A DNA stretch of 33,479 nt from an uncultured Bifidobacterium sp. (GTDB lineage Bacteria; Actinomycetota; Thermoleophilia; Gaiellales; F1-60-MAGs149), in assembly GCA_964588635.1 (NCBI GenBank), contig CAZPQP010000002.1, positions 1 through 33,479 on the forward strand, in the 5' to 3' direction. Below are positions 1 through 8,423 of the stretch, one piece after another. Every line of letters begins with the position of its first letter. Within the stretch, counting starts at the first letter, position 1. Under the pieces are notes generated by a model that had not been told where the DNA came from, searched no databases, and saw only the letters and a program-made list of their open reading frames with translations. The translations under genes and the position numbers were made by a program.

Positions 1-55
1 GGACCCGCGTCAGCGCAGCCTCTTCGATCTGCTCGCGGAGGGCAATCAATCATGA
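1..55. repeat. Terminal overlap. Bases 1-55 are identical to 33425-33479 and to 32513-32567, consistent with a circular or terminally redundant genome.
   Basis: Direct base-by-base comparison: ggacccgcgtcagcgcagcctcttcgatctgctcgcggagggcaatcaatcatga occurs at all three places. Confidence 0.9.
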
Positions 56-68
56 TCGAGGTGCCCCG

Positions 69-2165
69 GTGACCGCCGTGGCGCCGAAGCTCTCGCGCCT
101 CGGGCGCGCCGCGCTTATCTATGCGGCCGAGCACGGGTGGAGGGTGTTCCCGTTGCACTCGATCGTCGACGGGCGGTGCTCGTGCGGCGCCGAGACGTGC
201 ACCGGGACCAAGCCCGGCAAGCACCCGCGCACGACGCGCGGCTGCCTCGACGCCACGACCGATCTGTCGCAGATCAGGATCTGGTGGTCGCAGTGGCCTG
301 ACGCCAACGTCGGGATCGCCACGGGCGCAGGCCTGATCGTGATCGACATCGACCCTCGCCACGGCGGCGACGACGGTTTCGACGATCTCAAGACACGCCT
401 TGGCCCGTTGCCCGAGACCGTCGAGGCGCTCACGGGGTCCGGCGGGCGGCACGTCTATCTCTCGGTCCCCGAGGGCGTCACCGTGCGCAACAGCGCGTCG
501 CAGCTGGCGCCCGGCGTCGACGTGCGAGGCGAGGGAGGCTACGTGGTCGCGGCGCCGAGCACGCACGTCTCGGGACGCGGTTATGGCTGGGAGCTGTCGT
601 CGCGACCGGGAGAGGTCGACGTCGCACCGGCGCCGCAAGCCTGGCTCGACGCACTGACCCGCAAGCCCAAGCTCCGGGTCCTCGCCGGCGGCGCGGGCGG
701 CGACATCGTCGAAGGATCGCGCAACGAAACCCTGTTCAAGCGCGGCTGCAGCATGCGCGCGGCTGGGTTCGACGAGCCTGCCATCACGGCTGCGCTGCTC
801 TCCGAAAACGATTCGCGCTGCAACCCCCCGCTCGACCCCGCCGAGGTCAAGAGCATCGCAGCGTCGGCCGCGCGCTATCAGCCCGGCCTGTCGCCCGAAT
901 ATGCGGCCAAGCAGCGCAAGCCCGTGGCGCTCCCCGAGGCTCCAGCCGAGGAGGCCACGCCCGTCGTCGAGGACGATGGAGAGTGGATGCAGCGGCTGGC
1001 GCAGACCAAGGACGGCAAGCTTCGCGCGACTTTCGCCAACGTCTGCGCGGTGCTCCGTCACGATGCTCGCTATCGCACGCTGGCGCAGAACGCGATGACC
1101 CGCGCGCCCGAGCTCGACGGCCAGCGGGTCACCGACGCTCGCCTCGCCCGCATTCGCGAGGAGATCGAGATCGAATACGCGTTCACGCCGAGCGCCGATC
1201 AGGTCGCCAGCGCGGTGCTGCTCGTCGGCACCGAGCGGGAGCGTCACCCGGTGCGCGAATACCTCCGGTCCCTCACCTGGGACGGGGTCGAGCGCCTCGA
1301 TCACGTCGCCTCGACGATCCTCGGCGCCGAGCCGACACCGATCAATCAGGTCATGCTTCGAAGCTGGTTCGTCTCGGCCGTCGCGCGGGCGATCGAGCCC
1401 GGGTGCAAGGTCGACACGTCGCTGGTGCTCGTCGGCGGGCAAGGCGCCGGGAAGTCGAGTTTCTTTCGCGTGCTCGGCGGGCAGTGGTTTAGCGACAGCG
1501 GCGTCGATATCGAGTCCAAAGACGCCATGCTCCAGATCAACTCGGCATGGATCTACGAGTTGGGGGAGCTCGATCATGTGACATCGCGGGCGCACGCAGG
1601 GCGCATCAAAGCGTTCATCACGTCGCAGCGGGACTCGTTCCGCCCGCCTTATGGGCGGGTCATTGAAACGGTGCCCCGGCACAACGTGATCGTCGGCAGC
1701 ACAAACGAGACGCAATTTCTACAGGATTCAACGGGTGACCGACGATTCTGGGTTGTGCGCGTCGGGCAGATCGACCTCGACGCGCTGCACCGAGACCGGG
1801 ATCAGCTCTGGGCCGAGGCACTGGCGGCGCACCAGCGACGCGAGGGATGGTGGTTGGAACAGGCGGCCGAGACCGCACGCACCGAGGCGACCGAAGAGCA
1901 CCGGGTGGCCGACGTCTGGGAGGACGCCGTGGCGGCGTGGATCGCCACGCTCCCGGCGCACGAGTCGCGCGATATCACCACGCAGCGCGTCCTGCAGGCC
2001 GCCTGCCGCGTCGAACTGGAGCGCTGCGACCACCGGGCCTCGGCCCGCGTCGGGGCGATCCTGCGGCGCCTCGGGTGGACGCAGCGCGTCGTGCGCGTCG
2101 ACGGACGAAACACCCGCGTATGGGACGTGCAGGAGCCCGACGGGGCGTGGCGGCACCGCCCGTGA
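69..2165 (+). CDS. Bifunctional primase-polymerase / P-loop helicase-like replication protein: N-terminal prim-pol domain, PriCT-like middle region, VirE/D5-type NTPase C-terminal region.
   Basis: 698-aa ORF with a GTG start. The N-terminus (FPLHS...CSCG...GKHP...GIATG..LIVIDID...GGYVVAPPS-like) resembles bifunctional prim-pol proteins. SRNETLFKRGCSMRAAGF resembles the primase C-terminal domain. Walker A is VGGQGAGKSSF, followed by DSTGDRRFW as in the VirE/D5 family. Confidence 0.85.
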   Translation: MTAVAPKLSRLGRAALIYAAEHGWRVFPLHSIVDGRCSCGAETCTGTKPGKHPRTTRGCLDATTDLSQIRIWWSQWPDANVGIATGAGLIVIDIDPRHGGDDGFDDLKTRLGPLPETVEALTGSGGRHVYLSVPEGVTVRNSASQLAPGVDVRGEGGYVVAAPSTHVSGRGYGWELSSRPGEVDVAPAPQAWLDALTRKPKLRVLAGGAGGDIVEGSRNETLFKRGCSMRAAGFDEPAITAALLSENDSRCNPPLDPAEVKSIAASAARYQPGLSPEYAAKQRKPVALPEAPAEEATPVVEDDGEWMQRLAQTKDGKLRATFANVCAVLRHDARYRTLAQNAMTRAPELDGQRVTDARLARIREEIEIEYAFTPSADQVASAVLLVGTERERHPVREYLRSLTWDGVERLDHVASTILGAEPTPINQVMLRSWFVSAVARAIEPGCKVDTSLVLVGGQGAGKSSFFRVLGGQWFSDSGVDIESKDAMLQINSAWIYELGELDHVTSRAHAGRIKAFITSQRDSFRPPYGRVIETVPRHNVIVGSTNETQFLQDSTGDRRFWVVRVGQIDLDALHRDRDQLWAEALAAHQRREGWWLEQAAETARTEATEEHRVADVWEDAVAAWIATLPAHESRDITTQRVLQAACRVELERCDHRASARVGAILRRLGWTQRVVRVDGRNTRVWDVQEPDGAWRHRP

Positions 2166-2364
2166 TGCTACGCGCTACGGACGCTACGGGTGCTTCGGGC
2201 AGTTCCCATAACGGCATAGGAGCGGTAGCTACCTATATATATATAATCTATCTATCTATAAGAGGTATTACTTGTAGCAGCGTAGCACTCGGTAAACGTA
2301 GCGGTTTCGCACGTAGCACGGACGTAGCAGAGACCCGTAGCAGCGTAGCGGCGGGGGCGTAGCG
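2166..2364. promoter_or_regulatory. Iteron array plus AT-rich island. Candidate replication origin and/or operator array.
   Basis: GCTACG at 2167, 2174 and 2183. Palindrome GGTAGCTACC at 2224-2233. (TA)6 and (ATCT)3 tract at 2234-2270, including TATAAT at 2242-2247. (C/T)GTAGC at 2273, 2281, 2297, 2312, 2323, 2336, 2344 and 2358. Confidence 0.6.
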
Positions 2365-2592
2365 GTGCCCTACACCACCGCTCGGACCTCTCCCGGCGCC
2401 CGAGCCGTGCGCTGCCTGCGGATCCTCGAGGCGTGCGGCTCGGCGGGCGCCACCGTGGCCGAGCTGGCCCTCGCGTGCGGGGTCGCACCCGAGACGATCC
2501 GGGTCGACCTCGCTGCGATCCGGGCGGCCGACGAGCCCCTCGAGGCCGACGGACCGCTCCGATCTCGCGAGACGCGCGTGCGGCTGCTATAG
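2365..2592 (+). CDS. Small winged-helix (HTH_11/DeoR-N-like) DNA-binding protein.
   Basis: 75-aa ORF with a GTG start directly after the last iteron. LRILEACGSAGATVAELALACGVAPETIRVDLAAI fits the HTH_11 pattern. Confidence 0.5.
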   Translation: MPYTTARTSPGARAVRCLRILEACGSAGATVAELALACGVAPETIRVDLAAIRAADEPLEADGPLRSRETRVRLL

Positions 2593-2599
2593 TCGGCAC

Positions 2600-2809
2600 G
2601 TGCTCCGACTCCGATGCACCAACGACCATCCAGACGAGCCCGATCTGCATATCGCGATCGACGTGCGCCTCCCTGCGCCCCCCGGCCTCGTCGGATCGCT
2701 TCCGCTGCGGTGTTTGTGCGGCGCGATGCTGGTCGCCCCACTGTCGAGTGCCTGGTCGATCTGGGATCCGGTCCCGCGCGACGCCGATGGGCGAGAAGTC
2801 GAGGACTGA
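2600..2809 (+). CDS. Hypothetical small protein.
   Basis: 69-aa ORF with a GTG start. Its composition is more protein-like than the overlapping frame. It ends 1 nt before the GTG of the next gene. Confidence 0.4.
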   Translation: MLRLRCTNDHPDEPDLHIAIDVRLPAPPGLVGSLPLRCLCGAMLVAPLSSAWSIWDPVPRDADGREVED

Positions 2810-2810
2810 C

Positions 2811-3221
2811 GTGCCCCGCGGAGTGCCGCTGACGCCCGAGCAGCTGGCCGAGGCGACGAGGGTCTACCTCGAGACGGGCAACTACTCCGAGGCCGCGCGA
2901 GCGATCGGCAGCGACCGGAGCAACGTGCGACGGCAGCTGCGCGCAGCCGAGGAGCCACAAAGGGCCGCACTCCACGCGTGCGCGCTCGCGCGAGCAGAGC
3001 GGGACGCCCGACGCGCACTGGTCAAAGCCCGCCGCAAGCTGGTCGAGGCCCTCGACGGCGCCGCCGACGAGAAGGCTCTCGCGACCGTCGCTGCGCAGAT
3101 CCACGACAACGCTCGCGCCACGACGCAGATGCGCGTCGCGCACGCGAAGCTGACGGGGGCGCACGCGCCTGACCGGATCGAAGGGCCCGCGATCACGGTG
3201 CTGCTGCCCGAGGAAAAGTGA
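2811..3221 (+). CDS. terS: Terminase small subunit (HTH-containing).
   Basis: GAGGA at 2800-2804 followed by GTG at 2811; an alternative in-frame ATG lies at 2787. The N-terminal HTH is YLETGNYSEAARAIGSDRSNVRRQL, followed by a helical C-terminus. The stop overlaps the terL start (GTGA). Confidence 0.6.
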   Translation: MPRGVPLTPEQLAEATRVYLETGNYSEAARAIGSDRSNVRRQLRAAEEPQRAALHACALARAERDARRALVKARRKLVEALDGAADEKALATVAAQIHDNARATTQMRVAHAKLTGAHAPDRIEGPAITVLLPEEK

Positions 3222-4543
3222 CGGCCCGCGCCGCTGATCAGTGGCGCCCGACTGCGGCGCAGCGCGCGGCGCTAGGCTGCGGGGCGTTTGAGGTGCTTTA
3301 CGGCGGCGCCGCGGGTGGCGGTAAAAGCGACTATCTGCTGGCCGCACCCCTGCGCTGGGCACACCACAAAGCGTTCCGCGCACTGCTGTTGCGAAGGTCG
3401 TTCCCAGAGCTAGAGCGCACGCTGATCGCTCGATCTCGCATCCTCTACGGAGCGCTCGGCGCCAGCTATCATGAGCAGCGCCACGAATGGACGTTCCGTA
3501 GCGGCGCTCGGATCGCCTTCGGTTATCTGGAGCGCGCGGCCGATGCGCTTAGGTATCAGGGCGCAGAGTTCGCGTTCGTGGGGTTCGACGAGCTGACGCA
3601 CTTCGACGAGCAGAGCTATCGCTATCTTTCGTCGCGCGTTCGATCTGCCGACGGGCTCCCCCTGCGGATCCGTGCGACCACGAATCCCGGGGGACCGGGC
3701 CACGATTGGGTGCGCGCGCGCTGGGGTGCGTGGATTGGCCCGTCACCGACAGCAGGGCCCGGCGAGCGATTGTGGTTTGACCCCGAGGGGCGCCAGGTCG
3801 AGGGCCCGCGCGAGCACGCGCTAGAGCGCGCATTCTTCCCGGCGCGTCTAGAGGACAATCCTTATCTCGGCGCCGAATACCGGGCGCAGCTGCTGGCCCT
3901 CGACCCCGTCACCCGAGCGCAGCTACTCGACGGCGATTGGGATGCGTGCGTTGGCGAGGGCAGGCTATTCCACCGAACTTGGTGGACGATCCTCGACGCT
4001 CCGCCGACCGTCTCTCGGCGCGTGCGCGCATGGGACCTCGGCGCCGGTGGCGATGCCACCGAAGGCGTGCTGCTGGGCGACGCGGGTGCCTCGGCCACGC
4101 CTCGGTGGATCGTGCTCGACGCGATCACGCACCGAGGACCGCCCCACGAGGTGCACGCGCTAATCCGCGCGACAGCAGACGCCGACGGCCGTGACTGCGT
4201 CGTCGTGATCCCGCAGGACCCCGGGCAGGCTGGCGTGGATCAGGTGCACTCGCTCACCAGAGAGCTAGCGGGGTTCACCGTACGGCCTCGGCGCCCGAGC
4301 GCTTCGAAGGTCGTGCGCGCAGGCCCGTGGTCGGCACAGGTCGGTGCGCGCAACGCCGCGCTGGTGCGAGGCCCGTGGGTGGCGGGCTTTGTGGCGCAAC
4401 ACCACGCGTTTCCCGACGGCGCGCACGACGATAAGGTCGACGCCGCGGCCGATGCCTTCGCAGAACTGGTCTCGGCGCCGAAAGCGCTTGACTACGGTCG
4501 CGCGGCGGCTGGGGCCCGTGGTATCCTCCGCCCGTCGTGGTAG
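3218..4543 (+). CDS. terL: Terminase large subunit.
   Basis: 441 aa. Walker A-like GGAAGGGKSDYLL and Walker B-like FVGFDELTHF. The C-terminal nuclease-like region has acidic motifs (AWDLG, PQDPGQAG, HDDKVDA). Confidence 0.9.
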   Translation: MTARAADQWRPTAAQRAALGCGAFEVLYGGAAGGGKSDYLLAAPLRWAHHKAFRALLLRRSFPELERTLIARSRILYGALGASYHEQRHEWTFRSGARIAFGYLERAADALRYQGAEFAFVGFDELTHFDEQSYRYLSSRVRSADGLPLRIRATTNPGGPGHDWVRARWGAWIGPSPTAGPGERLWFDPEGRQVEGPREHALERAFFPARLEDNPYLGAEYRAQLLALDPVTRAQLLDGDWDACVGEGRLFHRTWWTILDAPPTVSRRVRAWDLGAGGDATEGVLLGDAGASATPRWIVLDAITHRGPPHEVHALIRATADADGRDCVVVIPQDPGQAGVDQVHSLTRELAGFTVRPRRPSASKVVRAGPWSAQVGARNAALVRGPWVAGFVAQHHAFPDGAHDDKVDAAADAFAELVSAPKALDYGRAAAGARGILRPSW

Positions 4544-6417
4544 CCAAGCTCGTCCCGATCCCGCGCCCCGAGGACCGTCGGCCGCCTGCTGCGCCGCGTG
4601 CGTGGGCCGACGTCGTGGACGATCGCTGGTCGGTGGCCAAGGTCCGCGCGGCGTTGACCGACCACATCAACGGGCAGTGGACGTCGAGCGCGCTGCTGGC
4701 CGACGCGCTCATGCAGGACGATCGCGTCTCGGCCGATCTGCGCACGCGTGTGCTGGCGGTGTCGGGGCTGCCGTTCCGCCTCGAGGCGAGCGTCTTCGGC
4801 GATCAGCGCCGGGCGCGCCTCGTCGCGCGAGAGGCAGAGCTGGCGTGGCCGCAGATCGCGCCTGCCTCGCTGATCCACGATCTGCTGCGCTGGTCGATCC
4901 TGCTCGGCTTCGCGCCTGCGGTCTGCACGTGGTCGACGAGCGCGCGGCGCTGGACGCCGTCGACGCAGCTGTTCCATCCCGAGCATCTCTATCTCGACAC
5001 TGGCGCCGAAGTGATTCGCGCTGCGACGCGCGACGGGATCGTCGAGGTCACGCCCGGCGACGGCGCGTGGGTGCTTCACGCTCCCGACGGGTCCCGCCCG
5101 TGGATGAGCGCCGCCGTGCGCGGTCTCGCAATTCCGTGGCTCGCGCGGAGTTACGCCCGCCGGGATTGGTCAAGGTTCAGCGAGAAACACGGCCTTCCGA
5201 TCGTCGGCGCGATCGTGCCGCAGGAGGCCGACGCGCCCGAGAAAGACGGGTTTTATAGCGACTTGCGACGCCTCGGTGCCGAGGGCCTCGTGGTCCTGCC
5301 GCGCGACCAGAACGACCGGGGCTTCGACTTGAAGTACCTCGAGCCGGGCAACGTGCAGGCATCGGGGAGCTTCCGCGACCTGATCTCACACTGCGATCAG
5401 GCGATCGCCGTCGCACTGCTCGGGCAGGCGTCGAATGCGACCGAGGGTGGGTCATTCGCGAAGGCTCAGGCCCTCGACGCAATCCGCTTGGACCTCCTCG
5501 AGAGTGACGCCAAAGCCCTCGGAGAGACGATCTATTCGCAGATCCTGCGGCCGTGGTCCTGGTACAACTTCGGCGATCCCGACCTGGCCCCGCGGCCGAT
5601 CTGGGATCCGACCCCGCCGAGCGACACCGCGACGCTGGCCGCGACGCATAAGACCGCTGGCGAGGCGATCACCGCCTGGAATGCGGCCGCAGCGGCGGCA
5701 GGCCTGACCGTCGACGTCGCGGCCCTCGCTGAGCGTTATGGCGTCCCGCTGCGCCGGGCGGCCGTCGAGGCCCCTGCGGCCCCGCCAGAGCCCGCCGCGC
5801 CCGAGGGGGAGGCTCTGATCGCGGGCGTCTCCCTGCGCCCGCCCGAGGGCGTGCGAGACGCCCTGCGGCGCGGGCTGGAGCTGGTCGACGAGGGTTATGG
5901 CGGTGACGGCCTGCAGCCCGAGACGATCACGTGGGCCCGGCGCCTCGCGCGGGGCGAGGATGTGTCGCCAGCGAAGGCCGTGAAAATGCGCGCATGGTTC
6001 GCGCGTCACGAGAGCTCCCCCGGCGAGGCCGAGGCGCGGCGCACCGACAAGAAAAGCCCTGCGTGGGTGGCGTGGCTCCTCTGGGGTGGCGACGCCGGGC
6101 AAGCCTGGGCCGAGCGCATCGTGCGTCAGCTCGAGCAGCGCGGCGTGCTCTCGGCAGAGCCCGCGGCACTGACCGTCGGGCAGAGCTACGTCGACACGGT
6201 CGTCGAGCGTGGCACCGCCAGCGGGACGCGAGCGATGCGCTCGACCCTCTCGGCCCTCGCGTCCGCGATCGAGACCGCGTCGAGCCCCGAGGACCTGCGC
6301 GCGCGGCTGCTGGCGATCCTCGGGAGCGACGATCCCTCGGCCCTCGCCTCGGCCCTGACGCGTGCGCAGGCCCTCGCGTCGCTGGCGGGGCGATACGACG
6401 TGATCGAGGATCTGTGA
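4537..6417 (+). CDS. Portal protein (Mu gp29 / DUF935-like) with a C-terminal extension of about 200 aa.
   Basis: 626 aa, positioned after terL. The N-terminal two thirds resemble Mu gp29-type portals (GQWTSSALLADALMQDDRVSADL..., LVVLPRD...DLKYLE). The extension starts around aa 430. Confidence 0.8.
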   Translation: MVAKLVPIPRPEDRRPPAAPRAWADVVDDRWSVAKVRAALTDHINGQWTSSALLADALMQDDRVSADLRTRVLAVSGLPFRLEASVFGDQRRARLVAREAELAWPQIAPASLIHDLLRWSILLGFAPAVCTWSTSARRWTPSTQLFHPEHLYLDTGAEVIRAATRDGIVEVTPGDGAWVLHAPDGSRPWMSAAVRGLAIPWLARSYARRDWSRFSEKHGLPIVGAIVPQEADAPEKDGFYSDLRRLGAEGLVVLPRDQNDRGFDLKYLEPGNVQASGSFRDLISHCDQAIAVALLGQASNATEGGSFAKAQALDAIRLDLLESDAKALGETIYSQILRPWSWYNFGDPDLAPRPIWDPTPPSDTATLAATHKTAGEAITAWNAAAAAAGLTVDVAALAERYGVPLRRAAVEAPAAPPEPAAPEGEALIAGVSLRPPEGVRDALRRGLELVDEGYGGDGLQPETITWARRLARGEDVSPAKAVKMRAWFARHESSPGEAEARRTDKKSPAWVAWLLWGGDAGQAWAERIVRQLEQRGVLSAEPAALTVGQSYVDTVVERGTASGTRAMRSTLSALASAIETASSPEDLRARLLAILGSDDPSALASALTRAQALASLAGRYDVIEDL

Positions 6418-7127
6418 CGCTGCAGACGCTCGACGCGAGCGCAGCCCCGCCGCCCGTCTTCGACGAGGCCGTGCGCTGGTTTCTCGGCAGGGTGCCGGTC
6501 ACTGATGCGATGTACGCAGCGCTGTCGGCCGAGGCTCAGCGACGCGCGCTGTGGTTCGCGGGCGGCGCCTCGCTGGCGGTCGTCACCGACGTCTGGCGCG
6601 CGCTCGACCAGACGCTCACCACGGGCGGGACGCTGGCCGATTTCAAGGCCACCGTGGGCCCCGCGATCCTGTCGCAGTGGCAGGGCTCGGTCGCGAATCC
6701 CGCGTGGCGCATGGAGTTGATCTTCCGCAACGCGACGCAGCGCGCGTATTCGTTTGGCCGCGTCGAGCAGCTGCGTGACCCGGCCGTCGCACGCGTGCGG
6801 CCGATCTGGTTTTTCGACGCGGTGGGCGACGCGCGCACCAGCGAGATCTGCCGAGCGCTCGACGGCACGACGCTCCCCGCGGGCGACCCGTGGTGGGCCT
6901 CGCACACACCACCGTGTCACCACGGCTGCAGGTCGATCGTTCGCGGGCTCAGGGCCAGCGACCCTCGGGCGGCGCGGGCAGGAAATCCGCCACCGATGGT
7001 TGCGGCCCAGCAGCATTTCGGCACACTCCCCGGGGAGGACGACTGGCGGCCTAGGCAGGCCGATTATCCTCCCGAGGTCTGGGATAGCTACATCAACAAT
7101 CCGAGACTGAGGCCACAACCGCAATGA
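6414..7127 (+). CDS. Head morphogenesis protein (Mu gpF / SPP1 gp7-like).
   Basis: GTG at 6414 overlaps the portal stop (GTGA), with GAGGA 5 nt upstream. WRMELIFRNATQRAYSFGR...DARTSEICRALDGTTLP...PPCHHGCRS matches the MuF-domain signature. Confidence 0.8.
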   Translation: MTLQTLDASAAPPPVFDEAVRWFLGRVPVTDAMYAALSAEAQRRALWFAGGASLAVVTDVWRALDQTLTTGGTLADFKATVGPAILSQWQGSVANPAWRMELIFRNATQRAYSFGRVEQLRDPAVARVRPIWFFDAVGDARTSEICRALDGTTLPAGDPWWASHTPPCHHGCRSIVRGLRASDPRAARAGNPPPMVAAQQHFGTLPGEDDWRPRQADYPPEVWDSYINNPRLRPQPQ

Positions 7128-8422
7128 CTCGACGCAAGCGCAAGCCCGCATCCCAGCACGCGACCCTCGACGCGCTCCCTCTCGGCGCGGGCTTTCCGCC
7201 GCGCGAGATCCGGCTGTTCGCGCGTGGTCTCACGAAGACCACCAAGGGCGAATATCTCTTCGACGACGCGGCTGCCGAGGCGATCCTGCGCGCTTTCGAA
7301 GAGCACGGCATCGACCTCGCAATGGACTTCGACCACGGCGCCCTCGCATCGCCGGACGGCCGCAAGCGCGACGTGCCCGGGTATTACCGCCCCGAGGTGC
7401 GCGCCGATGGGCTCTACGCGATCCCCTCGTGGACTGCCGCGGGCCTCGCTGCGATCAAGCCCGGCGACAACGGCGAGATGCCGGAATATCGCTACACGTC
7501 GCCCTCTTTCGAATTCGATCCCGAGACGCGACGCGTGCTCAAGCTCGGCCCGCTGGCGCTCACCAGCTATCCGGCGACGCACGGGGCCAAGCCGCTGGTG
7601 CTCTCGGCGCGTGACCGTCGCACCGACGTGCAGCGCGCGGCGCTCAGCATGTCTTTCGAGGACATCGCGGAGCACATCATGCGCGCGGTGTCCGGCCTCG
7701 TCGGGGCCGTCGAGATCGACGAGGTCTATGCCGACCACGCGATCGTCGAGCAGCTGCTACCCGGTGGCGACGAGCGGTGCTTCCGAGCGATCTATCGCGT
7801 CGTCGAGGACGGCGTCGTGATCGACGAGCTCGTCGAGGTCGAAGAGATTTATCAGCCTGTCGAGGGTGGGATCGTGATCCGCCCGACACCCGCTGCGCCG
7901 ATGGTCGACGCAGCATCACCAGCGGCAGCGCCGCAGGAGCCTCCCATGCCGAGTCCCGTCACCGAGGACACTGGCGCGGCCGCCGTCGCGAGCCTCGCCG
8001 CGTCCCTCACCACCACCACCGGTGCCAAGACCGCCGCCGAAGCCCTTGCGGTCGTCGAGGCGTGGCGCCGTGACAGCGCCGACCTCGCGGCCCTTCGCGC
8101 GCAGATCGCCGCCGAGCGCGCGGCCGCGGAGAAGGCCGAGCGCGCGGCGCAGCTCGACGCCTGCGTCGCCGAGGGCAAGCTGTCGCCCGCCGAGCGCGCG
8201 GCCGACGGCCAGGCTGACTGCTGGCTGACCGGGCTCGACGCCCGGGGCGTGGCTCGCTTCCGCGCGGCTCGCTCGCCGGTCGTGGCCGTCGCAGCCCCGC
8301 AGGCGCCTGCCTCGAGCAGCGTGACGCTCAGCGCCGAGGACACTGAGACGGTCAACGTCTTCGCCCGCGCCTTCGGCCTCGACACCACCGCACTCACCAC
8401 CGCACTCGCAAAGGATCACTGA
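7124..8422 (+). CDS. Prohead protease / scaffold (Mu gpI-like, with a C-terminal coiled-coil scaffold region).
   Basis: 432 aa with an ATGA overlap to the upstream gene. The N-terminus (IRLFARG...GEYLFDDAAAEAILRAFEEHGIDLAMDFDHG) resembles Mu gpI. The Ala/Glu-rich helical C-terminus is typical of a scaffold. Confidence 0.75.
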   Translation: MTRRKRKPASQHATLDALPLGAGFPPREIRLFARGLTKTTKGEYLFDDAAAEAILRAFEEHGIDLAMDFDHGALASPDGRKRDVPGYYRPEVRADGLYAIPSWTAAGLAAIKPGDNGEMPEYRYTSPSFEFDPETRRVLKLGPLALTSYPATHGAKPLVLSARDRRTDVQRAALSMSFEDIAEHIMRAVSGLVGAVEIDEVYADHAIVEQLLPGGDERCFRAIYRVVEDGVVIDELVEVEEIYQPVEGGIVIRPTPAAPMVDAASPAAAPQEPPMPSPVTEDTGAAAVASLAASLTTTTGAKTAAEALAVVEAWRRDSADLAALRAQIAAERAAAEKAERAAQLDACVAEGKLSPAERAADGQADCWLTGLDARGVARFRAARSPVVAVAAPQAPASSSVTLSAEDTETVNVFARAFGLDTTALTTALAKDH

Positions 8423-8423
8423 C

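Noticed and set aside
1-55. Interpreting the 55-bp end identity as a biological direct terminal repeat of a linear virion genome.
   Set aside because: Its length is typical of an assembler k-mer overlap on a circular path, and it lies within the longer 110-bp internal repeat. A Mu-type/headful terminase would not be expected to produce a short exact terminal repeat. I treat it as evidence of circular closure only.
2370-3383. 337-aa minus-strand ORF across the HTH and terminase-small region. The same applies to similar long antisense ORFs at 12170-13276, 17610-18656, 19664-20698, 8394-9377, 9259-10137 and 25087-25974.
   Set aside because: All are Arg/Pro/Gly/Ala-rich. All lie opposite genes with recognisable phage functions and coupled start/stop overlaps. 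I treat them as GC-driven open frames.
5931-6413. Upstream extensions of several ORF-track entries. Affected ORFs are 5931-7127, 10835-11623, 18455-19729, 22633-23178, 22986-23477, 23420-24187, 23926-24963, 25018-25674, 26678-27358(-), 26899-27645(-), 27440-28519(-) and 29758-31122.
   Set aside because: The extensions overlap the preceding gene in another frame and are Arg-rich. In each case an internal GTG/ATG forming a 4-nt overlap with the upstream stop, or preceded by an SD, gives a sensible protein. Starts were trimmed accordingly.
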